DNA of 64,000 nucleotides from Camelus dromedarius. Taxonomy: Eukaryota. The position numbers were made by a program, and so were the translations under genes. The stretch covers positions 1,550,001 through 1,614,000 of the forward strand of contig NC_087436.1 of the NCBI RefSeq assembly GCF_036321535.1, in the 5' to 3' direction. This document shows, in pieces, positions 13,051 to 25,950 of this stretch; within the stretch, counting starts at the first letter, position 1, and each line of letters begins with the position of its first letter. Below the pieces are notes generated by a model. The model saw nothing but the letters and a program-made list of their open reading frames with translations. It was not told where the DNA came from and did not search any database.

Positions 13051-16000
13051 ATCTAGCACAAAGGGAACGGGTTGCAAGTGAAAATTTTACTCTGGTTTCT
13101 CAGACTGTTTCCTACTGCCGGTTTGAAGTTCCTGCAGTTTTCACTGTAAAAGCGAGTTGGAGCTAGTACCTCCCCATATATATGTATGGAGTGGATTTTG
13201 CAACTGAAAAGAAACTTTGTGTTCCCAACAATCTAGGTGAAGGACGGATTTCACACACACTTATCTCTCACAACTGAGCATGTGGAGAGACTTTCGTTCA
13301 TCTAGCACAAAGGGAATGGGTTGCAGGAGAAACTATTACTCTGGTTTCTCAGTGTGTTTCCTAGTGCCAGTTTGAATTTCCTGCAGTTTTCACTGTAAAA
13401 CAGAGTTGGAGTTACTACCTCCCCATATATATGTATGGAGTGGAATTTGCAACTGAAAAGAAACTTTGTGTTTCCAACAAGCTAGGTGAATGACGGCTTT
13501 CACACACAATTATCTCTCAGAATTGAGCATGTGGAGAGACTTTCGTTCATCTAGCAAAAAGGGAACGGGTTGCAGGAGAAACTTTTACTCTGGTTTCTCA
13601 GTCTGTTTCCTAGTGCCGATTTGAAGTTCCAGCAGTTTTCACTGTAAAACCGAGATGGTGCTAGTACCTCCTCATATATATATATGGAGGGGAGTTTGCA
13701 ACTGAAAAGAAAATTGGTGTTCCTAACAAGCTAGGTGAAGGACGGCTTTCATCCACACTTATCTCTCAGAACTGAGCATGTGGAGTGACGTTCGTTCATC
13801 TAGCACAAATGGAACGGGTTGCAGGAGAAACTTTTACTCTCGTTTCTCAGTCTGTTTCCTACTGCCGGTTTGATGTTCCTGCAGTTTTCACTGTAAAACC
13901 GAGTTGGAGCTCGTACCTCCCCATATATATGTATGGAGTGGTGTTTGCAAGTGAAAAGAAACTTTGTGTTCCCAACAAGCTAGGTGAAGGATGGCTTTCA
14001 AACACACTTATCTCTGAGAACTGAGCATGTGGAAAGACGTTCGTTCATCTAGCCCAAAGGGAACTGGTTGAAGGAGAAACTATAACTCTGGTTTCTCTGT
14101 CTGTTTCCTACTGCCGGTTTGAAGTTCCTGCAGTTTTCACTGTAAAACCGAGTTTGAGCTAGTACCTCCCGATATATATGTATGGAGTGGAGTTTGCAAC
14201 TGAAAAGTAACTTTGTGTTCCCAACAAGCTAGGTGAAGGACGGCTTTTACACACACTTATCTCTTAGAACTGAGCATGTGGGGAGACTTTCGTTCATCTA
14301 GCACAAAGGGAACGGGTTGCAGGACAAACTTATACTCTGGTTTCTCAGTCTGTTTCCTAATGCCGGTTTGAAGTTCCTGCAGTTTTCACTGTAAAACCGT
14401 GTTGGAGCTCGTACCTCCCCATATATATGTATGGAGTGGAGTTTGAAAGTGAAAAGAAACTTTGTGTTCCCAACAAGATAGGTGAAGGATGGCTTTCAAA
14501 CACACTTATATCTGAGAAATGAGCATGTGGAGAGATGTTCGTTCATTTATCACAAAGGGAACTGGTTGAAGGAGAAACTTTTACTCTGGTTTCTCTGTAT
14601 GTTTCCTACTGCCGGTTTGAAGTTCCTTCAGTTTTCACTGTAAAACTGAGTTGAAGCTAGAACCTCCCCATATATATGTATGGAGTGGAGTTTGCAACTG
14701 AAAAGAAACTTTGTGTTCCCAACAAGCTAGGTGAAGGACGGCTTTCACACACCCTTAACTCTCAGAACTGAGCATGTGGAGAGACTTTCGTTCATCTAGC
14801 ACAAAGGGAACGGGTTGCAAGTTAAAATTTTACTCTGGTTTCTCAGACTGTTTCCTACTGCCGGTTTGAAGTTCCTGCAGTTTTCACTCTAAAACCGAGT
14901 TGAAGCTAGTACCTACCCATATATATATATATGGAGTGGAGTTTGCAACTGAAAAGAAACTTTGTGTTCCCAACAATCTAGGTGAAGAACGGATTTCACA
15001 CACACTTATCTCTCAGAATTGAGCATGTGGAGAGACGTTCGTTCATCTAGCACAAAGGGAATGGTTTGCAGGTGAAACTTTTACTCTGGTTTCTCAGTCT
15101 GTTTCCTAGTGCCGGTTTGAACTTCCTGCAGTTTTCACTGTAAAACAGATTTGGAGCTAGTACCTCCCCATATATATATATGGAGTGGAGTTTGCAACTT
15201 AAAAGAAACTTTGTGTTCCCAACAAGTTAAGTGAAGGACGGCTTTCACACACACTATCTCTCAGAACTGAGCATGTGGAGAAACGTTCGTTCATCTAGCA
15301 CAAAGGGAACGGGTTGCAGGAGAAACTTTTACTCTGGTTTCTCAGTCTGTATCCTAGTACCGGTTTTAAGTTCCTGCAGTTTTCACTGTAAACAGATTTG
15401 GAGATAGTACATCCCCATATATATGTATGGAGTGGAATTTGCAACTGAAAAGTAACTTTGTGTTCAGTACAAGCTAGGTGAAGGACGGTTTCATACACAC
15501 TTATCTCTCAGAAATGAGCATGTGGAGAGACGATCGTTCATCTAGCACAAAGGGAACAGTTTGCAGGAGAAACTTTTACTCTGGTTTCTCAGTCTGTTTC
15601 TTAGTAACGGTTTGAATTTCCTGCATTTTTCACTGTAAAACGGAGTTGGAGCTAGTACCTCCCCATATATATGTATGGAGTGGAGCTTGCAACTTAAAAG
15701 AAACTTTGTGTTCCCAACAATTTAGCTGAAGGACGGCTTTCACACACACTTATCTCTCAGAACTGAGCAAGTGGAGAGACGTTCGTTTATCTAGCACAAA
15801 GGGTATGGGTTGCAGGAGAAACTATTACTCTGGTTTCTCAGTGTGTTTCCTAGTGCCAGTTTGATTTTCCTGCAGTTTTCACTGTAAAACAGAGTTGGAG
15901 TTATTACCTCCCCATATATATGTACGGAGTGGAGTTTGCAACTGAAAAGAAACTTTGTGTTCCCAACAAGCTATATGAAGGACGGCTTTCACACACAATT

Positions 16001-17199
16001 ATCTCTCAGAACTGAGCATGTGGAGAGACGTTCGTTCATCTAGCACAAAGGGAACGGGTTGCAGGAGAAACTTTTACTCTGGTTTCTCAGTCTGTTTCCT
16101 AGTGCCGATTTGAAGTTCCACCAGTTTTCACTGTAAAACAGAGATGGTGCTAGTACATAATCATATATATGTATGGAGTGGAGTTTGCAACGAAAAGAAA
16201 CTTTGTGTTCCTAACAAGCTAGGTGAAGGACGTCTTTCATACACACTTATCTCTCAGAACTGAGCATGTGGAGTGACGTTCGTTCATCTAGCACAAATGA
16301 AACGGGTGGCAGGAGAAACTTTTACTCTGGTTTCTAAGTCTGTTTCCTACTGCCGGTTTGATGTTCCTGCAGTTTTCACTGTAAAACCGAGTTGGAGCTC
16401 GTACCTCCCCATATATATGTATGGAGTGGTGTTTGCAAGTGAAAAGAAACTTTGTGTTCCCAACAAGCTAGGTGAAGGTTGGCGTTCAAACACACTTATC
16501 TCTGAGAACTGAACATGTGGAAAGACGTTCGTTCATCTAGCACAAAGGGAACTGGTTGAAGGAGAAACTTTTACTCTGGTTTCTCTGTCTGCTTCCTACT
16601 GACGGTTTGAATTTCCTGCAGTTTTCACTGTAAAACTGATTTGAAGCTAGAACATCCCCATATATATGTATGGAGTGGAGTTTGCAACTGAAAAGCAACT
16701 TTGTGTTCCCAACAAGCTAGGTGAAGGACGGCTTTCACACACACTTATCTCTCAGTACTGAGCATGTGGAGAGACGTTCGTTCATCTAGCACAAAGGGAA
16801 AGGTTTGCAGGAGAAACTTTTACTCAGGTTTCTCAGTCTGTTTCCTAGTGCCGGTTTGAAGTTCCTGCAGTTTTCACTGTAAAACCGAGTTGGAGCTCGT
16901 ACCACCCCATATATATGTATGGAGTGGAGTTTGCAACTGAAAAGAAACTTTGTGTTCCCAACAAGCTAGGTGAAGGCGGCTTTCACACACACTTATCTCT
17001 CAGAACTGATCATGTGGAGAGACGTTCGTTCATCTAGCACAAAGGGAACGGGTTGCAGGAGAAACTTTTACTCTTGTTTCTCATTCTGTATCCTAGTACC
17101 GGGTTGAAGTTCCTGCAGTTTTCACTGTAAACAGATTTGGAGCTAGTACATCCCCATATATATGTATGGAGTGGAATTTGCAACTGAAAAGGAACTATG

Positions 17200-18120
17200 T
17201 TTTCAGTACAAGCTAGGTGAAGGACGGATTTCATACACAATTATCTCTCAGAACTGAGCATGTGCAGAGATGTTCGTTCATCTAGCACAAAGGGAACGGT
17301 TTGCAGGAGAAACTTTTACTCTGGTTTCTCAGTCTGTTTCCTAGTAACGGTTTGAATTTCCTGCATTTTTCACTGTAAAACCGTGTTGGAGCTTGTACCT
17401 CCCCATATATATATATGGAGTGGAGTTTGCAACTTAAAAGAAACTTTGTTTTCCCAACAAGTTAGGTGAAGGACGGCTTTCACACACACTTATCTCTCAG
17501 AACTGAGCATGTGGAGAGACGTTCGTTCATCTAGCACAAAGGGTATGGGTTGCAGGAGAAACTATTACTCTGTTTTCTCAGTGTGTTTCCTAGTGCCAGT
17601 TTGAATTTCCTGCAGTTTTCACTGTAAAACCGAGTTGGAGTTATTACCTCCCCATATATATGTATGGAGTGGATTTTGCAACTGAAAAGGAACTATGTGT
17701 TCAGTACAAGCTAGGTGAAGGTCGGATTTCATACACACTTATCTCTCAGAACTGAGCATGTGCAGAGACGTTCGTTCATCTAGCACAAAGGGAACGGTTT
17801 GCAGGAGAAACTTTTACTCTGGTTTCTCAGTCTGTTTCCTAGTAACGGTTTGAATTTCCTGCATTTTTCACTGTAAAACCGTGTTGGAGCTTGTACCTCC
17901 CCATATATATATATGGAGTGGAGTTTGCAACTTAAAAGAAACTTTGTTTTCTCAACAAGTTAGGTGAAGGACGGCTTTCACACACACTTATCTCTCAGAA
18001 CTGAGCATGTGGAGAGACGTTCGTTCATCTAGCACAAAGGGTATGGGTTGCAGGAGAAACTATTACTCTGTTTTCTCAGTGTGTTTCCTAGTGCCAGTTT
18101 GAATTTCCTGCAGTTTTCTC
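17200..18120 (+). repeat. Tandem 2-mer duplication (498-bp unit)
   Basis: Rare TGCAGAGA variant at 17263 and 17761, with shared AAGGAACTATG, CGGATTTCATAC, CCGTGTTGGAGCTTG and ACTTTGTTTT. Confidence 0.88.
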
Positions 18121-21100
18121 TGTAAAACCGAGTTGGAGCTAGTACCTCCCCATATATATGTATGGAGTGGAGTTTGCAACTGAAAAGAATCTTTGTGTTC
18201 CCAACAAGCTAGGTGAAGTACGGCTTTCACACACAATTATCTCTCAGAACTGCGCATGTGGAGAGACGTTCGTTCATCTAGCACAAAGGGAACGGGTTGC
18301 AGGAGAAACTTTTACTCTGGTTTCTCAGTCTGTTTCCTAGTGCCGATTTGAAGTTCCAGCAGTTTTCACTGTAAAACCGAGATGGTGCTAGTACCTCCTC
18401 ATATAAATGTATGGAGTGGAGTTTGCAACTGAAAAGAAACTTTGTGTTCCTAACAAGATAGGTGAAGGACGGCATTCATACACACTTATCTCTCAGAACT
18501 GAGTATGTGGAATGACGTTCGTTCATCTAGCACAAATGGAACGGGTTGCAGGTGATACTTTTACTCTGGTCTCTCCGTCTGTTTCCTACTGCCGGTTTGA
18601 AGTTCCTGCAGTTTACACTGTAAAACTGAGTTGGAGCTAGTACCTACCCATATATATGTATGGAGTGGAGTTTGCAACTGAAAAGAAACATTGTGTTCCC
18701 AACAAGCTAGGTGAAGGGCGGCTTTCACACACACTTATCTCTCAGAACTGAGCATGTGGAGAGACGATCGTTCATCTAGCAAAATAGGAACGGGTTGCAG
18801 CTGAAAATTTTCTCTGGTTTCTCAGACTGTTTCCTACTGCCGGTTTGAAGTTCCTGCAGTTTTCACTGTAAAATGGAGTTGGAGCTAGTACCTCCCCATA
18901 TATATCTATGGAGTGGAGTTTGCAACTGAAAAGAAACTTTGTGTTCAGTACAAGCTAGGTGAAGGACGGCTTTCATACACACTTATCTCTCAGAACTGAG
19001 CATGTGGAGAGACCTTCGTTTATCTAGCACAAAGTGTATGGGTTGCAGGAGAAACTATTACTCTGGTTTCTCAGTGTGTTTCCTAGTGCCAGTTTGAATT
19101 TCCTGCAGTTTTCACTGTAAAACAGAGTTGGAGTTATTACCTCCCAATATATATGTATGGAGTGGAGTTTGCAACTGAAAAGAAACTTTGTGTTCCCAAC
19201 AAGCTAGGTGAAGGACGGCTTTCACACACAATTATCTCTCAGAACTGAGCATGTGGAGAGACGTTCGTTCATGTAGCACAAATGGAACGGGTTGCAGGAG
19301 AAACTTTTACTCTGGTTTCTCAGTCTGTTTCCTACTGCCGGTTTGATGTTCCTGCAGTTTTCACTGTAAAACCGAGTTGGAGCTCGTACCTCCCCATATA
19401 TATGTATGGAGTGGTGTTTGCAAGTGAAAAGAAACTTTGTGTTCCCAACAAGCTAGGTGAAGGATGGCTTTCAAACACACTTATCTCTGAGAACTGAGCA
19501 TGTGGAGAGACGTTCGTTCATCTAGCACAAAGGGAACGGGTTGCAGGAGAAACTTATACTCTGGTTTCTCAGTCTGTTTCCTACTGCCTGTTTGAAGTTC
19601 CTGCACTTTTCACTGTAAACCGAGTTGGAGCTCGTACCTCCCCATATATATGTATGGAGTGGAGTTTTTAAGTGAAAAGAAACTTTGTGTTCCCAACAAG
19701 CTAGGTGAATGATGGCTTTCAAACACACTTATCTCTGAGAACTGAGCATGTGGAGAGACGTTCGTTCATCTAGCACATAGGGAACTGTTTGAAGGAGAAA
19801 ATTTTACTCTCGATTCTCTGTCTGTTTCCTACTGCCGGTTTGAAGTTAGTGCAGTTTTCACTGTAAAACTGAGTTGAAGCTAGAACCTCCCCATATATAT
19901 GTATGGAGTGGAGTTTGCAACTGAAAAGAAACTTTGTGTTCCCAACAAGCTATGTGAAGTACGGCATTCACACACACTTATCTCTCAGAACTGAGCATGT
20001 GGAGAGACGTATGTTCATCTAGCACAAAGGGAAAGGTTTGCAGGAGAAACTTTTCCTCAGGTTTCTCAGTCTGTTTCCTAGTGCCGGTTTGAAGTTCTTG
20101 CAGGTTTCACTGTAAAACCGAGTTTGAGCTAGTACCTCCCCATATATATGTATGGAGTGGGGTTTCAACTGAAAAGAAACTTTGTGTTCCCAACAAGCTA
20201 GCTGAAGGCGGCTTTAACACACACTTATCTCTCAGAACAGAGCATGTGGAGAGACGTTTGTTCACCTAGCACAAATGGATCTGGTTGCAGGAGAAACTTT
20301 TAGTCTGGTTTCTCAGTCTGTTTCCTAGTGCCGGTTTGAAGTTCCTGCAGTTTTCACTGTAAAACCGAGTTGGAGCTAGTACCTCCCCATATATATGTAT
20401 GGATTGGATTTGCAACTGAAAAGAAACTTTGTGTTCCCAACAAGCTAGGTGAACGACGGCTTTCACACACACTTATCTCTTAGAAATGAGCATGTGGAGA
20501 GACTTTCGTTCATCTAGCACAAAGGGAACGGGTTGCAGGAGAAACTTTTACTCTGGTTTCTCAGTCTGTTTCCTACTGCCGGTTTGAAGTTCCTGCAGTT
20601 TTCACTGTATAACCGATTTGGAGCTAGTACCTCCCCATATATATGTATGGAGTGGAGTTTGCAAGTGAAAAGAAACATTGTGTTCCCAACAAGCTAAGTG
20701 AAGAACGGCTTTCACACACACTTATCTCTCAGAACTTAGCATGTGGAGAGACGTTCGTTCATCTAGCACAATAGGAACGGGTTGCAGGAGAAACTTTTAC
20801 TCTGGTTTCTCAGTCTGTTTCCTAGTGCCGGTTTGAAGTTCCTGCAGTTTTCACTGTAAAAGCGAGTTGAAGTTAGTACCTCCCCATATATATGTATGGA
20901 TTGTACTTTGCAACTGAAAAGAATTTTTGTGTTCCCAACAAGCTAGGTGAAGGACGGCTTTCACACACACTTATCTCTCAGAACTGAGCATGTGGAGAGA
21001 CGTTCGTTCATCTAGCATAAATGGAACGGGTTGCAGGAGAAACTTTTACTCTGGTTTCTCAGTCTGTTTCCTACTGCCTGTTTGAAGTTCCTGCAGTTTT

Positions 21101-22480
21101 CACTGTAAAACCGAGTTGGAGCTTGTACCTACCCTTATATATGTATGGAGTGGAGTTTGCAACTGAAAAGAAACTTTGTGTTCCCAACAAGCTAGGTGAA
21201 GGACGGCTTTCACACACACTTATCTCTCACAACTGAGCATGTGGAGATACGTTCGTTCATCTAGCACAAAGGGAAAGGGTGGCAGGAGTAACTTATACTC
21301 TGGTTTCTCAGTCTGTTTCCTAATGCCGGTTTGAAGTTCTTGCAGTTTTAACTGTAAAACCGACTTGGAGCTCGTACCTCCCCATATATATGTATGGAGT
21401 GGAATTTGCAACTGAAAAGAAACTTTGTATTCAGTACAAGCTAGGTGAAGGACGGCTTTCACACACACTTATCTCTCAGATCTGAGCATGTGGAGAGACG
21501 TTCGTTCATCTAGCACAAATGGAATGGTTTGCAGTAGAAACTTTTACTCAGGATTCTCAGTCTGTTTCCTAGTGCCGGTTTGATGTTCCTGCATTTTTCA
21601 CTGTAAAACAGAGTTGGAGCTATTACCTCCCCATATATATGTATGGAGTGGAGTTTGCAACTGAAAAGATACTTTGTGTTCAGAAAAATCTAGGTGAAGT
21701 AAGGCTTTCACACGCATTTATCTCTGAGAACTGAGCATGTGGAGAGACGTACGTTCATCTAGCATAAAGGGAAAGGGTTGGAGGTGAAAATTTTTCTCTG
21801 GATTCTCAGTCTGTTTCCTAGTGCCGGTTTGAAGTTCTAGCTGTTTTCACTGTAAATCCGATTTGGTGCTAGTACCTCCCCATTTATATGTATGGAGTGG
21901 AGTTTGCAACTGAAAAGAAACTTTGTGTTCCCAACAAGCTAGGTGAAGGACGGATTTCACACACAATTATCTCTCAGAACTGAGCATGTGGAGTGACGTT
22001 CGTTCAACTAGCACAAAGGGAACTGTTTGCAGGAGAAACTTGTACTCTGGTTTCTCAGTCTGTTTCCTAGTGCCGGTTTGAAGTTCCTGCATTTTTCACT
22101 GTAAAACCGATTTGGAGCTAGTACCTCCCCATATATATGTATGGAGTGGAGTTTGCAAGTGAATAGAAACATTGTGTTCCCCACAAGCTAAGGGAAGTAC
22201 GGCTTTCACACACACTTATCTCTCAGAACTGAGCATGTGGAGAGACGTTCGTTCATCTAGCACAATAGGAACGGGTTTCAGGAGAAACTTTTACTCTGGT
22301 TTCTTAGTCTGTTTCCTAGTGCCGGTTTTAAGTTCCTGCAGTTTTCACTGTAAAACGAGTTGGAGTTTGTACCTCCCCATATATATGTACTGATAGCAGT
22401 TTGCAACTGAAAAGAAACTTTGTGTTCCCAACAACCTAGGTGAAGGACGGCTTTCACACACACTTATCTCTCAACTGAGC
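18000..22480 (+). repeat. About 18-monomer block duplicated at about 26200-30680
   Basis: ORF pairs 18158/26362 (offset 8204), 19522/27976 and 20266/28720 (8454), and 22278/30480 (8202). Shared GAACTGCGCATG, CTCGATTCTC, GAAGTTAGTGC, CACGCATTTATC and GTACTGATAGCAG. Confidence 0.9.
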
Positions 22481-23184
22481 ATGTGGAGAGACGTTCGTTT
22501 ATCTAGCACAAAGGGTATGGGTTGCAGGAGAAACTATTACTCTGGTTTCTCAGTGTTTTTCCTAGTGCAAGTTTGAATTTCCTGCAGTTTTCACTGTAAA
22601 AGAGAGTTGGAGTTTTTACCTCCCCATATATATGTATGGAGTGGAGTGTGCAACTGAAAAGAAACTTTGTGTTCCCAACAAGCTAGGTGAAGGACGGCTT
22701 TCACACACAATTTTCTCTCAAAACTGAGCATGAGGAGAGACGTTCGTTCATCTAGCACAAAGGGAACGGGTTGCAGGAGAAACTTTTACTCTGGTTTCTC
22801 AGTCTGTTTCCTAGTGCCGATTTGAAGTTCCAGCAGTTTTCACTGTAAAACAGAGATGCTGTTATTACCTCCTCATATATATGTATGGAGTGGAGTTTGC
22901 AACTGAAAAGAAACTTTGTGTTCCCAACAAGCTAGGTTTAGGACTGCTTTCACACACAATTATCTCTCAGAACTGAGCATGTGGAGAGACTTTCGTTCAT
23001 CTAGCACAAAGGGAACGGGTTGCAGGAGAAACTTATACTCTGGTTTCTCAGTCTGTTTCCTACTGCCGGTTTGAAGTTCTTGCAGTTTTCACTGTAAAAC
23101 CGAGTTGGAGCACGTACCTCCCCATATATATGTATGGAGAGGAGTTTGCAAGTGAAAGAAACTTTGTGTTCCCAACAAGCTAGG

Positions 23185-23685
23185 TGAAGGATGGCTTTCA
23201 AACACACTTATCTCTGAGAACAGAGCATGTGGAAAGAAGTTCGTTCATCTAGCACAAAGGGAACTGTTTGAAGTAGAAACTTTTACTCTGGTTTCTCTGT
23301 CTGCTTCCTACTGACGGTTTGAAGTTCCTGCAGTTTTCACTGTAAAACTGATTTGAAGCTAGAACATCCCAATATATATGTATGGAGAGGAGTTTGCAAC
23401 TGAAAAGCAACTTTGTGTTCCCAACAAGCTAGGTGAAGGATGGCTTTCAAACACACTTATCTCTGAGAACAGAGCATGTGGAAAGAAGTTCGTTCATCTA
23501 GCACAAAGGGAACTGTTTGAAGTAGAAACTTTTACTCTGGTTTCTCTGTCTGCTTCCTACTGACGGTTTGAAGTTCCTGCAGTTTTCACTGTAAAACTGA
23601 TTTGAAGCTAGAACATCCCAATATATATGTATGGAGAGGAGTTTGCAACTGAAAAGCAACTTTGTGTTCCCAACAAGCTAGGTGA
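23185..23685 (+). repeat. Single-monomer tandem duplication
   Basis: CAGAGCATGTGGAAAGAAGTT...GAAGTAGAAAC...CTGCTTCCTACTGACGG...CATCCCAATATA...AAAGCAAC is repeated at exactly 249 bp (23221 and 23470). Confidence 0.93.
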
Positions 23686-24219
23686 AGGACGGCTTTCACA
23701 CACACTTATCTCTCAGAACTGAGCATGTGGAGAGACGTTCGTTCATCTAGCACAAAGGGAAAGGTTTGCAGGAGAAACTTTTACTCAGGTTTCTCAGTCT
23801 GTTTCCTAGTGCCGGTTTGAAGTTCCTGCAGTTTTCACTGTAAACAGATTTGGAGCTAGTACATCCCCATATATATGTATGGAGTGGAATTTGCAACTGA
23901 AAAGGAACTATGTGTTCAGTACAAGCTAGGTGAAGGACGGCTTTCACACACACTTATCTCTCAGAACTGAGCATGTGGAGAGACGTTCGTTCATCTAGCA
24001 CAAAGGGAACGGTTTGCAGGAGAAACTTTTACTCTGGTTTCTCAGTCTGTTTCCTAGTAACGGTTTGAATTTCCTGCATATTTCACTGTAAAACCGTGTT
24101 GGAGCTTGTACCTCCCCATATATATATATGGAGAGGAGTTTGCAACTGAAAAGCAACTTTGTGTTCCCAACAATCTAGGTGAATGATGGCTTTCAAACAC
24201 ACTTATCTCTCAGAACTGA

Positions 24220-25950
24220 GTATGTGGAGAGACGATCGTTCATCTAGCAATATAGGAATGGGTTGCAGGAGAAACTTTTACTCTGGTTTCTCAGTCTGAT
24301 TCCTAGTGCCGTTTTGAAGTTCCTGCAGTTTTCACTTTAAAAACGAATTGGAGCTAGTACCTACCCATATATATGTATGGAGTGGAGTTTGCAACTGAAA
24401 AGAATCTTTGTGTTCCCAACAAGCTAGGTGAAGGACGGATTTCACACACACTTATCTCTCAGAACTGAGCATGTGGAGAGACGTTCGTTCATCTAGCAAA
24501 AAGGGAACGGGTTGCAGCTGAAAATTTTACTCTGGTTTCTCAGACTGTTTCCTACTGCCGGTTTGAATTTCCTGCAGTTTTCACTGTAAAATAGAGTTGG
24601 AGCTAGTACCTCCCCATATATATGTATGGAGTGGAGTTAGCAACTGAAAAGAAACTTTGTGTTCAGTACAAGCTAGGTGAAGTACGGCTTTCATACACAC
24701 TTATCTCTCAGAACTGAGCATGTGGAGAGACCTTCGTTTATGTAGCACAAAGTGTATGGGTTGCAGGAGAAACTATAACTCTGGTTTCTCAGTGTGTTTC
24801 CTGGTGCCAGTTTGAATTTCCTGCAGTTTTCTCTGTAAAACAGAGTTGGAGTTATTACCTCCCAATATATATGTATGGAGTGGAGTTTGCAACTGAAAAG
24901 AAACTTTGTGTTCCCAACAAGCTAGGTGAAGGACGGCTTTCACACACAATTATCTCTCAGAACTGAGCATGTGGAGAGACGTTCGTTCATGTAGCACAAA
25001 TGGAACGGGTTGCAGGAGAAACTTTTACTCTGGTTTCTCAGTCTGTTTCCTACTGCCGGTTTGATGTTCCTGCAGTTTTCACTGTAAAACCGAGTTGGAG
25101 CTCGTACCTCCCCATATATATGTATGGAGTGGTGTTTGCAATTGAAAAGAAACTTTGTGTTCCCAACAAGCTAGGTGAAGGATGGCTTTCAAACACACTT
25201 ATCTCTGAGAACTGAGCATGTGGAGAGACGTTCGTTCATCTAGCACAAAGGGAACGGTTTGCAGGAGAAACTTATACTCTGGTTTCTCAGTCTGTTTCCT
25301 ACTGCCTTTTTGAAGTTCCTGCACTTTTCACTGTAAACCGAGTTGGAGCTCGTACCTCCCCATATATATGTATGGAGTGGAGTTTGTAAGTGAAAAGAAA
25401 CTTTGTGTTCCCAACAATCTAGGTGAATGATGGCTTTCAAACACACTTATCTCTGAGAACTGAGCATGTGGAGAGACTTTCGTTCATCTAGCACATAGGG
25501 AACTGTTTGAAGGAGAAAATTTTACTCTCGATTCTCTGTCTGTTTCCTACTGCCGGTTTGAAGTTAGTGCAGTTTTCACTGTAAAATTGAGTTGAAGCTA
25601 GAACCTCCCCATATATATGTATGGAGTGGAGTTTGCAACTGAAAAGAAACTTTGTGTTCCCAACAAGCTATGTGAAGTACGGCTTTCACACACACTTATC
25701 TCTCAGAACTGAGCATGTGGAGAGACGTATGTTCATCTAGCACAAAGGGAAAGGTTTGCAGGAGAAACTTTTCCTCAGATTTCTCAGTCTGTTTCCTAGT
25801 GCCGGTTTGAAGTTCTTGCAGGTTTCACTGTAAAACCGAGTTTGAGCTAGTACATCCCCATATATATGTATGGAGTGGGGTTTCAACTGAAAAGAAACTT
25901 TGTGTTCCCAACTAGCTAGCTGAAGGCGGTTTTAACACACACTTATCTCT
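24220..25950 (+). repeat. 7-monomer partial copy of the 18.7-20.2 kb / 26.95-28.7 kb block
   Basis: ORFs 19522, 25240 and 27976 (offsets 5718 = 23 monomers and 2736 = 11 monomers). Shared CTGATT.. AGTGCCGTTTT, GCAGCTGAAAA, CATGTAGCAC and GCACATAGGG. Confidence 0.85.

Noticed and set aside
20505..20532. CENP-B-box-like halves TTCGTT ... GGAACGGG in each monomer
   Set aside because: The canonical box needs TTCG-N4-A-N2-CGGG (7 nt between the halves). Here the gap is 20 nt, so it is not a CENP-B box and the resemblance may be chance.
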